Shown one piece after another: positions 46,807-57,100 of a stretch of DNA of 64,000 nucleotides (within the stretch, counting starts at the first letter, position 1; the number at the start of each line of letters is the position of its first letter). The notes beneath the pieces were generated by a model. The model saw only the letters and a program-made list of their open reading frames with translations, ran no database searches and was not told where the DNA came from. The DNA comes from Acidobacteriota bacterium. GTDB taxonomy: Bacteria > Acidobacteriota > UBA6911 > JACQSX01. The position numbers and the translations under genes are program-made. The DNA is taken from positions 37,038-101,037 of the forward strand of contig DASXQR010000221.1 in NCBI GenBank assembly GCA_036507075.1, in the 5' to 3' direction.

Positions 46807-48477
46807 TTACGGATTCACATTCTGGGCCAGCGTCTGCTGCAGGTCGATGCGGTGCGCTGCGAAGGTTTCTCCGGTGGCGCGCTGCAGCACGCTGTGGCTT
46901 TTGATCAGATCGATCTTGGCGCGCACTTCGCTGGATTCTGCGGCTACCAGGTCCCGCTGCGCTTCAATCAAGTCCCGCGTGGTCGCGGTTCCTACTTCAA
47001 AACGCACCTGTTCACCTTCATAACGTTCGCGCGCAAACCGCGCAGCCGCCTGCGCCGCCTGCAGCCGGGCGCGGTTGGAATCCATCTGCGTGAGGGCATC
47101 GCGCACTTCCAGGGCCACTGCCTGAAACAGGCTGGCGCGGCGCATTTCGGCGCGGCTCAATTCCAACCCGGCAGTGGCGTTGTCGGCCCGCGCTTCGTGG
47201 TTGAAAATGGGGAACTGAAGATTGAAGCCCACCGTGTAGCCCTTGAAATCGCCTCCGAAGAGCTGTCGCAGGGATTCGGCCAATCCGCCCGGCGTGACGC
47301 CGATGATGGGAGCGTTGAAAAGACCGCCGCTGAAATCGCGCAGCAGCAGGTTGCCTCCCAGTCCCACCTGTTTGTAGCTGGCCTGCAGATCCAATCTCGG
47401 TTTCAGGCGGTTCTGCGTAAGTTCAAACTGGATGCGCTGGTTGGCAACGTCCAGCTCGGCCTGCTTGAGTTCAGGCCGATTCTGCCGGGCGATCTCAAAG
47501 AGTTGTTTGAAATCATTGCCGGTCGCGCCGGGAAGCTCCACCGGACTGGCGGGCCGGATTTCAGCCTGAAATTCGCGCGGGTCCTGGAAATTGCTGATCA
47601 GCTTTACCAGTTGGTCCTGAACGCGCCGGTAGTTGTATTGGGTGCGGATGAATTCTTCCTGACGCGCCGCCACTTCCGCTTCGCTCTGGATCACCTCCAG
47701 CCGCGCGGCCGTTCCCACCTGCAGCCGGTCGCGGTTCTGCTTGAGCACGGTGTTGGCCAGATCGAGAGATTTCTGTTTCACCTGCAGATCTTCTCCCGCA
47801 AACGCGAGTTCCCAATATCGATCCTGCACCTGCAGTATCACATCGCTTGCCTTGCGCCTGAATTCTTCCTCGGAAACAGTCACGTTGTTTCTGGCGATCC
47901 TGAGCCGGTAAGTTGCCGGCACCGCGCCGAAGCCCTGCAGCAGTTGCTGCCGCAGAATGACTTCAAAATTGGTTCCGATTGCGGGAATCAGATTGAAAAA
48001 CGTGTTGGTGGTACGGAAACGGTTGCCTCCTCCTCGTACTTCGAATCCGCCGCCGGCCGGGAAGTCCTGACGGTAATCGAGATCGTAGGTAGTTCGAATC
48101 TCGGTCACTTCCTTTCCGCCTGCCAGGACGCTGGTGGTGGGGCTGGTCAGACGATCGAGCAGGACATTGAATCGACCTACCGGGTCGAAAGGCGCCCGCT
48201 GGCGGCGCAAATCTTCCAATGCGATCCACCGCGAGTGACGCTCTACATTAATGTCGATGTTGCTTTGCAGCGCTAGTTCGATGGCCGTCTGCTCGCTCAT
48301 CGAAAGCGCGCCGCCTGCCGGCGCCAGCGCGGCGAGAGCATTCGGACCGGACGTGATCTGCGGAATGTCGACATTCCGAAAATACCGTCTGAAAACCTGC
48401 GCGGGCTGATCCGCGCCAAGCAGATCGGCAAAACAGAGCAGCAGCATCAACGGCAGCAGAATGTTTCGGTTCATCAT
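46807..48477 (-). CDS. TolC-family outer-membrane efflux protein
   Basis: Duplicated OEP helices (AIELALQSN, ARQNRPEL, RFEVG); last gene of the RND operon. Confidence 0.88.
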   Translation of the reverse strand: MMNRNILLPLMLLLCFADLLGADQPAQVFRRYFRNVDIPQITSGPNALAALAPAGGALSMSEQTAIELALQSNIDINVERHSRWIALEDLRRQRAPFDPVGRFNVLLDRLTSPTTSVLAGGKEVTEIRTTYDLDYRQDFPAGGGFEVRGGGNRFRTTNTFFNLIPAIGTNFEVILRQQLLQGFGAVPATYRLRIARNNVTVSEEEFRRKASDVILQVQDRYWELAFAGEDLQVKQKSLDLANTVLKQNRDRLQVGTAARLEVIQSEAEVAARQEEFIRTQYNYRRVQDQLVKLISNFQDPREFQAEIRPASPVELPGATGNDFKQLFEIARQNRPELKQAELDVANQRIQFELTQNRLKPRLDLQASYKQVGLGGNLLLRDFSGGLFNAPIIGVTPGGLAESLRQLFGGDFKGYTVGFNLQFPIFNHEARADNATAGLELSRAEMRRASLFQAVALEVRDALTQMDSNRARLQAAQAAARFARERYEGEQVRFEVGTATTRDLIEAQRDLVAAESSEVRAKIDLIKSHSVLQRATGETFAAHRIDLQQTLAQNVNP

Positions 48478-48485
48478 CGAGTCCG

Positions 48486-51400
48486 TTAATGGAACAGGCT
48501 GAAAAAGTGCGAGGTTACCTGCGCCCACTTCCGGCGGTAGCCGGCCAGCCTGGGGAAGCGCGCGCGGGCCAGAGCAAAGGACTTGATCTTCAGATCATCG
48601 AACAAGGTGTAGGCGACCGGCGTTATCAGCAGCGTGATCAGCAGGCACAGTGTCTGGCCTCCGATCGCGACAATGGCGATGGAACGGCGGCTCGCCGATC
48701 CCGCCCCGGTGCCGAGAGCAATGGGAATCATACCCGCCACGAATGCGATGGTGGTCATCAGAATGGGCCGCAGTCGTGTCCGGCACGCCGTCATCACCGC
48801 TGAAAGACGATCCATCCCCCGGCTGCGCAGCGTGTTTGCAAAATCGACCTGCAGGATCGCGTTCTTCTTCACAATTCCAAAAAGGACCAGCAGGCCGAGC
48901 GCGGAATAAATGTTCAGTGTCTGATTCGTGACCCAGAGCGAAAGCAGCGCGAAGGGCACACACAGCGGCAGCGAAAGCATGATGGTGATCGGATGAAGAA
49001 AGCTTTCAAACTGTGATGCCAGTACCATGTACATGAAAATCAGCGACAGGATGAACGCGACCACGAATCCCTGCTGAGATTCAGCCAGGGTCTTGGCGCG
49101 GCCGGTGAAAGACACGTCATAGCCGGCGGGAATGTTCATTTGAGCGACAATCTTTTTCACATCCTCGAGGGCGGAGGCCAAAGGCTTGGAAGTGGAAAGA
49201 TTGGAAAGAATCGTCACATTGCGGCGCCGGTCGAGACGTTCGATCTGAACCGGCCCGGTTCCGTACTCCACTCGAGCCAGGTTTCCAAGCTCCACGCGCG
49301 ACCCGGACTGTCCTGCAATCAGCAGCCGCTGCAGGGTTCCCAAATCGTTTCGGTAGCGCTCGTCCAGACGCAGTCGCACATCGTACTGCTGATCCAGATC
49401 GCGGAACTTCCCGAGCTTGTCACCGCCTACGAAGGTTCGGAGCGCATAAGCAACATCACCAGCTTGCACACCGAAGCTGGCGGATTTTTCCCGGTTAAGT
49501 TCCACACGCAATTCCGGTTTGCCGGCCTCCAGCGAGGTGTCCACATCCACAAAGCCGGGAATCTTCTTCATCTCCGAGATGATGTGCGATGAAAACTGCT
49601 CCAGCCGCTTGAGGTCGTCGCCCCGGATGCTGAAGTTGACCGGAATGCTCCACGTATTTCCGCGCGTCGCGATCGCGCTTACGGTTTGGACGCTGGAGCG
49701 AATGTCGGGAGGCAACAGCTCCTTCATGGTACGGCGCGCCTCCGCCATCGCCTGGAATTGGGAAAACTTTCGGAATTCCGCGTCCACCAGCCGCACGTAA
49801 ACACTGATATTGTTGACGGCAAAACCATCCGGATCACCGATCGTTACCAGCACATGATCGACGCCGGGCAACTTGGAGACCCTGGCTTCTACTTTCCGCG
49901 CCAGGGCATCCGCCATATCGAGCGTGTACCCGGGCGGAAGTTTCAGCGTGATTTCGTATTCGCCCTGGTCATCAAACGGAATAACGTCCTTTCCTACCAG
50001 CGAGAAAACCGGGATGGTGGATAAAATGATCGCGCCGCTGATCAACACAATGGCAACACGGTGTGCCATGGACCAGCCCAGCATCGATCCGTAAGTATTC
50101 TCGATGGCCCGGTAGAACCTGCTTTCCCGGGAAGCGGCGTGAGTCTGGCTGCCGGCGCTGCGCTCTGCGGTGCCGCCGCGGAAAAGAATGGAGCAGAGCA
50201 TTGGTGTCAGTGTGAAGGCCACCAGCAGGGAAACCATGACGGCAAAGGCCATGGTCAATCCGAAACTGCTGAAAAACCGTCCCACGATTCCCGACATGAA
50301 TCCCACCGGGAGAAAGATAACCACCAGGGAGAGTGTCGTTGCCATCACAGCCAGGCCGATTTCGGCAGTGGCCGCAGCCGCTGAAGCTCTGGGAGATTCT
50401 CCGCCTTCTTCCACGTGTCGGAAGATGTTTTCCAGGACCACGATCGCGTCATCGATGACGATTCCGACCGAGAGCGTCAGCCCCAGCAAAGTCATGTTGT
50501 TGATAGTGAAATCCATCACCCGCATCAGCGTGAAGGTGGCGATCAGCGACGTGGGAATGGAAACGGCGGCGATCAACGCGCTGCGAAGATTGCGCAAAAA
50601 CAGCAGCACCACAAAGCTGGACAGCACTCCGCCCAGAATCAGATGGAACATCAGCTCGCCCACGGATCTGCGGATGAAGCGCGACAGGTCCCGGGATACT
50701 TCCAGATTCAAGTCGGAGGGAAGGGTCTGACGGATAGCATTGACCTGGCGGAACAGCAGATCGGCGACCTTCACCGTATTGGTGCCGGACTGCTTGCGCA
50801 CCAGCATGGTGACCGAGTTCCTTCCGTCAAAACGGGAAAGGTTTCGCGGTTCTACCACGCCGTCTTCCACCCGCCCCAGATCGGATATTTTCACCGGGGC
50901 GCCGTTGACGTAATGGACGATGACATCGCGGAACTGTTCCACCTGTTCCACTCTTCCCATAGTGCGCAGCACCAGTTCCTGGCCAGGCTGCTGCACGCGG
51001 CCTCCGGGCACTTCAACGTTCTGCGCCTGCAGCGCCTGGCGGACGCGGTCGATGGTCAGCCCGTAGGCGTTGAGCCTGTTGGGATCGATGTAAATCTGAA
51101 TCTCGCGGCGCCGGCCGCCGATGACGTCGATGGAACCGACGCCGCTCAAGCCTTCCAGCGGCTCTTTGATTTCAGTGCGCGCAATCTCGGTGATTTCACG
51201 CAGGCTTCGTTTGCCGGAAACGGTCAGCGCCATCACGGGTGTGGCGTCGGGATCGGCTTTTTCAACTATCGGAGGATTGGTGCCGAAGGGGAACCGGTCC
51301 TGGATGCGCGCGATTTTGTCCCGCACGTCCTGGGCGGCGGTGTCGACGTTTCGCTCCAGTTTGAACGTGACGATGGTAAGTGAGACGCCTTCCTGGGAGA

Positions 51401-51650
51401 CGGAGCGCAGCTCTTCCAGATCGCTGATGGTATTCAAAGCCTCTTCCACCGGCTTGGTGATCTGGGTTTCCATCTCTTCGGGGCTGGCGCCTTCCAGAGT
51501 GATCTGGACGGTGACGTTGGGAAATTCCACCTTGGGGAAGAGATCGACGCCCAGTTGCAGATAGGACGCCAGTCCCAGCACCACCAGCGACATAATCAGC
51601 ATGGTGGCGAACACCGGTCTGCGCACGCAGAGATCGGCTAATTTATGCAT
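48486..51650 (-). CDS. RND efflux permease (AcrB/HAE1 family)
   Basis: VRRPVFA, VGIVIDDAIVVLENI, GIVKKNAIL, RLRPILMTT. Confidence 0.95.
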   Translation of the reverse strand: MHKLADLCVRRPVFATMLIMSLVVLGLASYLQLGVDLFPKVEFPNVTVQITLEGASPEEMETQITKPVEEALNTISDLEELRSVSQEGVSLTIVTFKLERNVDTAAQDVRDKIARIQDRFPFGTNPPIVEKADPDATPVMALTVSGKRSLREITEIARTEIKEPLEGLSGVGSIDVIGGRRREIQIYIDPNRLNAYGLTIDRVRQALQAQNVEVPGGRVQQPGQELVLRTMGRVEQVEQFRDVIVHYVNGAPVKISDLGRVEDGVVEPRNLSRFDGRNSVTMLVRKQSGTNTVKVADLLFRQVNAIRQTLPSDLNLEVSRDLSRFIRRSVGELMFHLILGGVLSSFVVLLFLRNLRSALIAAVSIPTSLIATFTLMRVMDFTINNMTLLGLTLSVGIVIDDAIVVLENIFRHVEEGGESPRASAAAATAEIGLAVMATTLSLVVIFLPVGFMSGIVGRFFSSFGLTMAFAVMVSLLVAFTLTPMLCSILFRGGTAERSAGSQTHAASRESRFYRAIENTYGSMLGWSMAHRVAIVLISGAIILSTIPVFSLVGKDVIPFDDQGEYEITLKLPPGYTLDMADALARKVEARVSKLPGVDHVLVTIGDPDGFAVNNISVYVRLVDAEFRKFSQFQAMAEARRTMKELLPPDIRSSVQTVSAIATRGNTWSIPVNFSIRGDDLKRLEQFSSHIISEMKKIPGFVDVDTSLEAGKPELRVELNREKSASFGVQAGDVAYALRTFVGGDKLGKFRDLDQQYDVRLRLDERYRNDLGTLQRLLIAGQSGSRVELGNLARVEYGTGPVQIERLDRRRNVTILSNLSTSKPLASALEDVKKIVAQMNIPAGYDVSFTGRAKTLAESQQGFVVAFILSLIFMYMVLASQFESFLHPITIMLSLPLCVPFALLSLWVTNQTLNIYSALGLLVLFGIVKKNAILQVDFANTLRSRGMDRLSAVMTACRTRLRPILMTTIAFVAGMIPIALGTGAGSASRRSIAIVAIGGQTLCLLITLLITPVAYTLFDDLKIKSFALARARFPRLAGYRRKWAQVTSHFFSLFH

Positions 51651-51694
51651 GCAAGTTTCAAGTTAACAGGGGCAAGAGTTAACAGTTTTCTAGT

Positions 51695-51758
51695 TTTGTG
51701 TCCTTTGTGCCTTTGTGGTTCAAAAAAGTTTTCACCACAAAGGCACAAAGGACACAAA
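51695..51758. repeat. Nonamer inverted repeat inside the efflux operon
   Basis: tttgtgtcctttgtgcctttgtggt / accacaaaggcacaaaggacacaaa. Confidence 0.88.
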
Positions 51759-51763
51759 GTTCA

Positions 51764-52960
51764 TTAATCGCGTTCCACTTTCACTTTCTGCCCGTCGCTC
51801 AGCATTTGTTGATTGTTGAGCGCCACGTATTCATGCGGCTGGATGCCGCTTTTGACTTCCACCCAGTCATTCACCGCGCGACCCACCTGCAGGGTGCGTT
51901 CGCGTGCCACGCTGTCCTGCACCACATAGGCCTTCTTCAAACCCGCCAGCGACAGGATGGATTGCTCGGGAACCAGAATCGCCGGATATGTTCCCACGGG
52001 AATGACGCAGCGCGCAAAAAATCCCGGCTTCAGCAGCGCCCCGGTATTGGGCACCAGAGCCTCGATGGCGAAAGTCCGCGATTTTTCATCCACGGCCGGC
52101 GCAATGCGGTTGATTGTCCCGCTGAAATGCAGATCGGGAAAAGCATCGACGGTGAGCTCCACTTTCATGCCGGGCCGAATCAGGCGCGCGTCTCTTTCCA
52201 TGATCTGGGCGCGCAATTTCAAAACGTGAACAGACACCAGTTTGAAAAGCGGCTGGTTTACTTTCACGTATTCACCCGTGCTCACAAGCTTCTCCTGAAC
52301 AATGCCGGCGATCGGTGACAGCACGGTGGTGTCTCGGGCCTTTTTTCGGGCCCAGTCCAGCGCCGCGCGAAACTGCTGCGCCGAAGCGATCATGTTCTGC
52401 ACATTCTCCACGGCGGACTGGTAACGGGCGGCGGCGACCTTCTGGGTGGTGCGTGCGTCGTCGACGATCTGCTGTGAAACCACGCCGCGCTGCAGCAGGC
52501 TCTCCTGCCGCTGTACCTTGGTATTGGCATCCTCCAGTTGCGCTTTGGCCTGGCGCACTTCCGACGCCGAGTCGATCGGTGGAATCTGAGTCGAGCCGGC
52601 GGGCACGCCCAGTCGCGCGAGCGCCTCGCGATAGGAGGCCTCGGCGCGCTGTACCTGAATATCGAACTCAGTAGAATCGAGCTCCGCCAGAACTGTTCCC
52701 CGGCCGACGGCGTCTCCCAGATCCCGCGGCACACGCCTGGCAACTCCTTCGACCTGGCTGCTGACGATCACCTCATCGTTGCCGATCAGATTTCCCGAAA
52801 CCTCCAGCGTTTGCTGCAGGCTTTGTTCGCGACTCAGGCTTACCTTGACCGTAGGAACCTGAACCTGTCGCGACGCCTCCACACTCTGCTCGGATTTTCG
52901 CGCACAACCGGACAATGCGCAGAGCAGAAGCACGGGAACAAAAGCTCTTTTGCTGATCAT
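51764..52960 (-). CDS. RND periplasmic adaptor (membrane fusion protein), lipoprotein
   Basis: Lipobox LSGC, SPIAGIV, LLKPGFF. Confidence 0.92.
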   Translation of the reverse strand: MISKRAFVPVLLLCALSGCARKSEQSVEASRQVQVPTVKVSLSREQSLQQTLEVSGNLIGNDEVIVSSQVEGVARRVPRDLGDAVGRGTVLAELDSTEFDIQVQRAEASYREALARLGVPAGSTQIPPIDSASEVRQAKAQLEDANTKVQRQESLLQRGVVSQQIVDDARTTQKVAAARYQSAVENVQNMIASAQQFRAALDWARKKARDTTVLSPIAGIVQEKLVSTGEYVKVNQPLFKLVSVHVLKLRAQIMERDARLIRPGMKVELTVDAFPDLHFSGTINRIAPAVDEKSRTFAIEALVPNTGALLKPGFFARCVIPVGTYPAILVPEQSILSLAGLKKAYVVQDSVARERTLQVGRAVNDWVEVKSGIQPHEYVALNNQQMLSDGQKVKVERD

Positions 52961-53580
52961 GAACGCACCCCTGCGTCGTTACGAATGCCATGGAGAAACA
53001 GTTTCACAAGAAACGACCCGGGCTCCACCGAGGGATCCGATTGAATGGAGGGATCCTTGAAGATCACGCGCGAGACGATATAGTGGATGATCATTCCGAC
53101 AAAAGCGCGCGCCGCCAGGGATGGATCAACCGGCGAGAAGGCCTTTTCGCGCACCCTGAGCTCGATGTATTGGGCGATGCTGCGGCAGTTCTTCGAGTAG
53201 TAACGGCCATACACCATCTGGATCAGTTCGTGTCCTTCAAGAGCGGCGAAATAGAGCAGTCGCAGGAAGCTGGGGTCTTTCAGATGGCGTTTGAGCAGCA
53301 GGTCGGCGATTTTGAGGAAAACCATGAAGTCATTGCGCTCGCGCGCTTCCTTTTCAGGGAACTTAAAGTGAGGCGACTCATCTGCCTTGCGATCAATGAT
53401 GGCTGAGTACAGCTCTTCCTTGGTCGCGAAATATTTGAAGATGCCGGCCTCGCTGATGCCGACGGCATCGGCAATTTCCTTGGTTTTTGTTCCACTGAAT
53501 CCCTTTTCCGAGAAGATTCGGATAGCGGTGTCGACAATCTGGTTCTTGCGATCCTCCCCCGTCATTCGGAGTGGGCACAT
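52957..53580 (-). CDS. TetR/AcrR family regulator
   Basis: FSEKGFSGTKTKEIADAVGISEAGIFKYFATKEEL HTH; GGAGG RBS. Confidence 0.93.
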   Translation of the reverse strand: MCPLRMTGEDRKNQIVDTAIRIFSEKGFSGTKTKEIADAVGISEAGIFKYFATKEELYSAIIDRKADESPHFKFPEKEARERNDFMVFLKIADLLLKRHLKDPSFLRLLYFAALEGHELIQMVYGRYYSKNCRSIAQYIELRVREKAFSPVDPSLAARAFVGMIIHYIVSRVIFKDPSIQSDPSVEPGSFLVKLFLHGIRNDAGVRS

Positions 53581-53601
53581 TCCAAAAAACCCTCCGCGTA
53601 A

Positions 53602-53636
53602 GTTAGTAAGTTAATGCTTACTAACCGGGGTTGCAA
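53602..53636 (-). promoter_or_regulatory. Sigma70 promoter with overlapping TetR operator
   Basis: Minus strand TTGCAA-17 nt-TAACTT; perfect inverted repeat GTTAGTAAG-N6-CTTACTAAC at 53602-53625 covers the -10. Confidence 0.8.
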
Positions 53637-53724
53637 GCGAAAATTGAGGAGCCCCTGGTGCGGGTTGCCTGGATCGCCTTCAGTGTCTCCAGCGATGGCC
53701 TTGCGTCGACAATTGATCGGTGTA

Positions 53725-53934
53725 GCACGCGAAGCACAGAGCCACGTCCCGCAAGGGCGGGGTGGAAACACGTGAGTCAGTTCCGCGTGGAATTCGCCAC
53801 CGAGCCACTATGAGGTTCGCTACTTTGGAGCAGGCGAAACCACCGGACGAGGGAAGAACGTGATGGCTGGGTTCGAGCCGACTCAACTGGTCCCCACCAC
53901 GCCCTTGCGGGACGTGGCTCTGTGCTTCGCGTGC
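53725..53934. mobile_element. REPIN/MITE-like element, copy B (opposite orientation to 33540-33763)
   Basis: Same terminal inverted repeats; internal TGAGTCGGCTCGA motif present on the opposite strand. Confidence 0.85.
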
Positions 53935-54174
53935 AACTCGGGGGCCTTTCCCTGATTGCACAAAACAGGGACTGTCAAGGACCGTCCGCATTTCAAAATT
54001 CGCGCTTTCGCGCCTTCGCGGTTCCGGCTTTCCGAGGAACAGCATCGCGCCGGCGACTTTTTTGCGCCTGCTGCATCTTTTATTTTCTGACCGAAGATTC
54101 ACCGCGGCACGTCTTGACTCCGAGGGAAGTTCTCGGCTGGTGAAGACCTTTGCCTTTTCAACCAGGGGGAAACC

Positions 54175-57100
54175 ATGTCCGCGCGACCCGCAACGCCCGA
54201 TCACCCGCTGTCTTTGTCCTTTTGCCCCGCAATTTGCGTCCGGCGCAAGAACTGCTTTAGCCGAAGCCTGCACAGCGCATCCGGGAAAACCTGGAGGAGC
54301 CGCCTGCTCTCAGTCAGTTTCCTCCTGCTGGGGGCCAGCACGGTTTCTCTGAGGGCAGGGGATGCGGCCGTCCTTACAGCGCCGTCGCGTTTGTACGCAG
54401 GCTCGATTTCGGCAGTCACCCTCACCACTTTTGATGCCAAAACACGCCAGCCGCGATTACTGACCTACAGTCTTGCCCTTGTCTCCACGGACGGCAGTAG
54501 CCGCTGGTGGCTCGGCCTTGGAAGCACGGGACGGAACGGGCAGGCGCGCTATGAGTTCAGTGTCCCTGAAGCTCCTTCCGGCAGCTACAAGCTGCAGGCC
54601 TTCCTGAGCACGCTCTCTGAACCGGTGTCGGTGGACACGTCGATCACCAGCACTCCGGCTATCCTCATTGAGACAGACAAACCGATTTACAAACCCTCGC
54701 AGGTCATTCAGGGGCGCGTCGTGCTCCTGGATAGCACCCTCCGTCCCAGAGCCGGCCAGGTGGAGATCACGTTTCACGACGCAAAGGGAATCCGGATCGC
54801 GCGCCAGAAGGCCACCATTGACCGGTTCGGCGCCACGGCCTTTTCGCTGCCTCTCGCGCACGAACTGAACCTTGGGACCTGGAAGATCCGCGCGCGCAGC
54901 GAAGGCGTGGAAAGCGTCCGGGACGTGCGCGTGGAGCACTACACGTTGCCGCGCTTCGACCTGAAAGCGGACTTTGAAAAGAGTTGGGCCTTGGTCGACG
55001 AGCCTGTTCGCGGGTCGATCAGCGCGCGGTACTTCTTTGGCAAGGACGTTCAGGGCAAGGTCAGCATTCGCGCCAAAAAATGGGTCGGCACCTGGACTGA
55101 GTACGCCCGGCTCGATGGATCTTTGTCCGACGGCCGGTGGAAATTTGAGCTGCCGGCTGTGAAGTTTGTGGCCGGCACGCTGGAAAACGGCGGAAAGGGC
55201 GCCGTCAGCATCGAAATCTCCGCTACCGATTCGACCGGCCAGACTCAATCCATTACCGAAGCGCTTACCATTGCGGAAGCTCCGGTCGTCTTAAACATTA
55301 TCCCGCGAATGAAGACTTTAAAGCCGACCCTGGTCGCGGAATTCACCATCACATCGCAGGTTCCCGACGGCTCTCCTCTCAGCCTGCCGGTGGATATAAC
55401 TTCGAGTTTCTACTCTTCCGGCAGCGTGCTCCTCTCTCAGACGACAAAAACAATCGTCACGACAAACGGCATCGGAACTCTGAGCCTTGTCCCGCCGGCG
55501 GGCAGCGCTTATGGAGAAATCCGGGCGCAGGCTCGCGTACAAGGACGCACGACGGCTTCCCTGGTACGCGTCGGCAGCGCCTATACGCCCTCGGGGAACT
55601 TTCTGTCGTTGACTCGCACCGACGCTGCCAGCACCGCGTCTGTGGGACAGGTGGTCAACTTTTCAGTGCTGTCAACCGAGCCGGGAACGGTTTATTACGA
55701 GGTTTACGCGGGCGGCAGGACGGTCCTTTCCGACGCCAACGAGAACAATAGTTTTTCATTTGCCGTCACTCCCGAGATGATGCCCCGGGCCAAAGTTGTG
55801 GCCTACAAAATCACCCCCAACAGCGAAGTCACTGCCGACAGCGGCAGCTTTGACGTGGCCTTGAATATCTCTGTTTCCATGGCGGCGAATTTCAACGCCG
55901 GCCAGGTAAAGCCCGGCGACCCGGTAGAAGTGACCATCGACTCGGGAACCGGAAATCGTACGCTCCTGGGCATTTCTATTGTCGACAACTCGGTGCTGGC
56001 GCTCGGCCGCAGCCGGCTGCATCTGCAGCAGGTCTTTGAGGACCTGGAAAGACGCTTTCTGGAGCCCCAGGCGCAGGTGACCGAGGTAAACCTGCAGCTT
56101 CCGCCGGGTCCTCTTCCCGCCGCAAATTCAGTGCGGACGCGCGGGGCTCTGGATGTTTTGAAGGAAGCGGGCCTGTCCGTCGGCGTGTCAAGCGGGATCG
56201 CGGTTCCCGAAGGGCGCGTCGTTTTTGGCGGAGGAGTCGTACCCGACATAATCCTCAGTCCACCGCCTGCGGGTCCCATCGGCTCGCCGCCCGTGCCGGA
56301 CGCGCCGCGGCTGCGACAGTTTTTTCCCGAAACCTGGGTCTGGCAGCCGCTGTTGCTGACCGATGACTCGGGGAAGGCGAAGTTGAAGCTGGAGGCGCCC
56401 GACAGCATTACCAGTTGGAAACTGGCGGCGGTGGGGACTTGTCCTGAAACTTCGGCTAAGAGCGGAATCGGTTTCGGCGAGGCGGAGTTGACCGTTTTTC
56501 AGGATTTCTTTGTCGAGCCCTCGATTCCATCGTCGGTAATTCGCGGAGAGCTCTTCTCCATCAAAGTGGACATCTTCAATTATCTCGATCGCGAGCAGAC
56601 CGTCACGCTCACCCTGGACAAGCCGAACGGCATCGAGCTGTTCGGCAACGGCGAAGTCTCGGTCAAGGTGCCGGCCAATTCCGCCTCTTCGGCCGAGTTT
56701 CCGATCCGGCCCACGAGTCTCGGCGACCTGCCCCTTAAGATTACCGCCGCAGGTTCTTCCAGATCGGACGCGGTTCTCCGAAACTTGACAGTTCTACCCG
56801 AAGGCACGCCTGTCGAGCAGGTCTTAAACGCGGTGCTCCGCGCCGGAGAATCCGCTCAGGTCGATCCTGCCCTGTCGGCGGTGGCCGTGCCCGGCTCGGG
56901 CAGGGCGTCGCTGCATCTGACGCCCAGTCCGGTTGCGCAAACAATGAAAGGGGTTTCAGAGCTTCTGCATATGCCTTTCGGCTGCGGCGAGCAGAACATG
57001 ATTTTCCTTGCGCCCGATGTCGAGATTCTCAAATACCTGCGCGAGACAGGCGAACTGGCGCCGGAGATTCGAGCCAAGGCCGAGAATTTCATTAATACGG

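Noticed and set aside
46324..48276. 650-aa plus-strand ORF
   Set aside because: Antisense shadow of the TolC gene and deoC, with no recognisable motifs.
53680..54273. 197-aa minus-strand ORF as a possible transposase
   Set aside because: No HUH or DDE motifs; it reads through the repeat element (PLRDVALCFAC appears twice).
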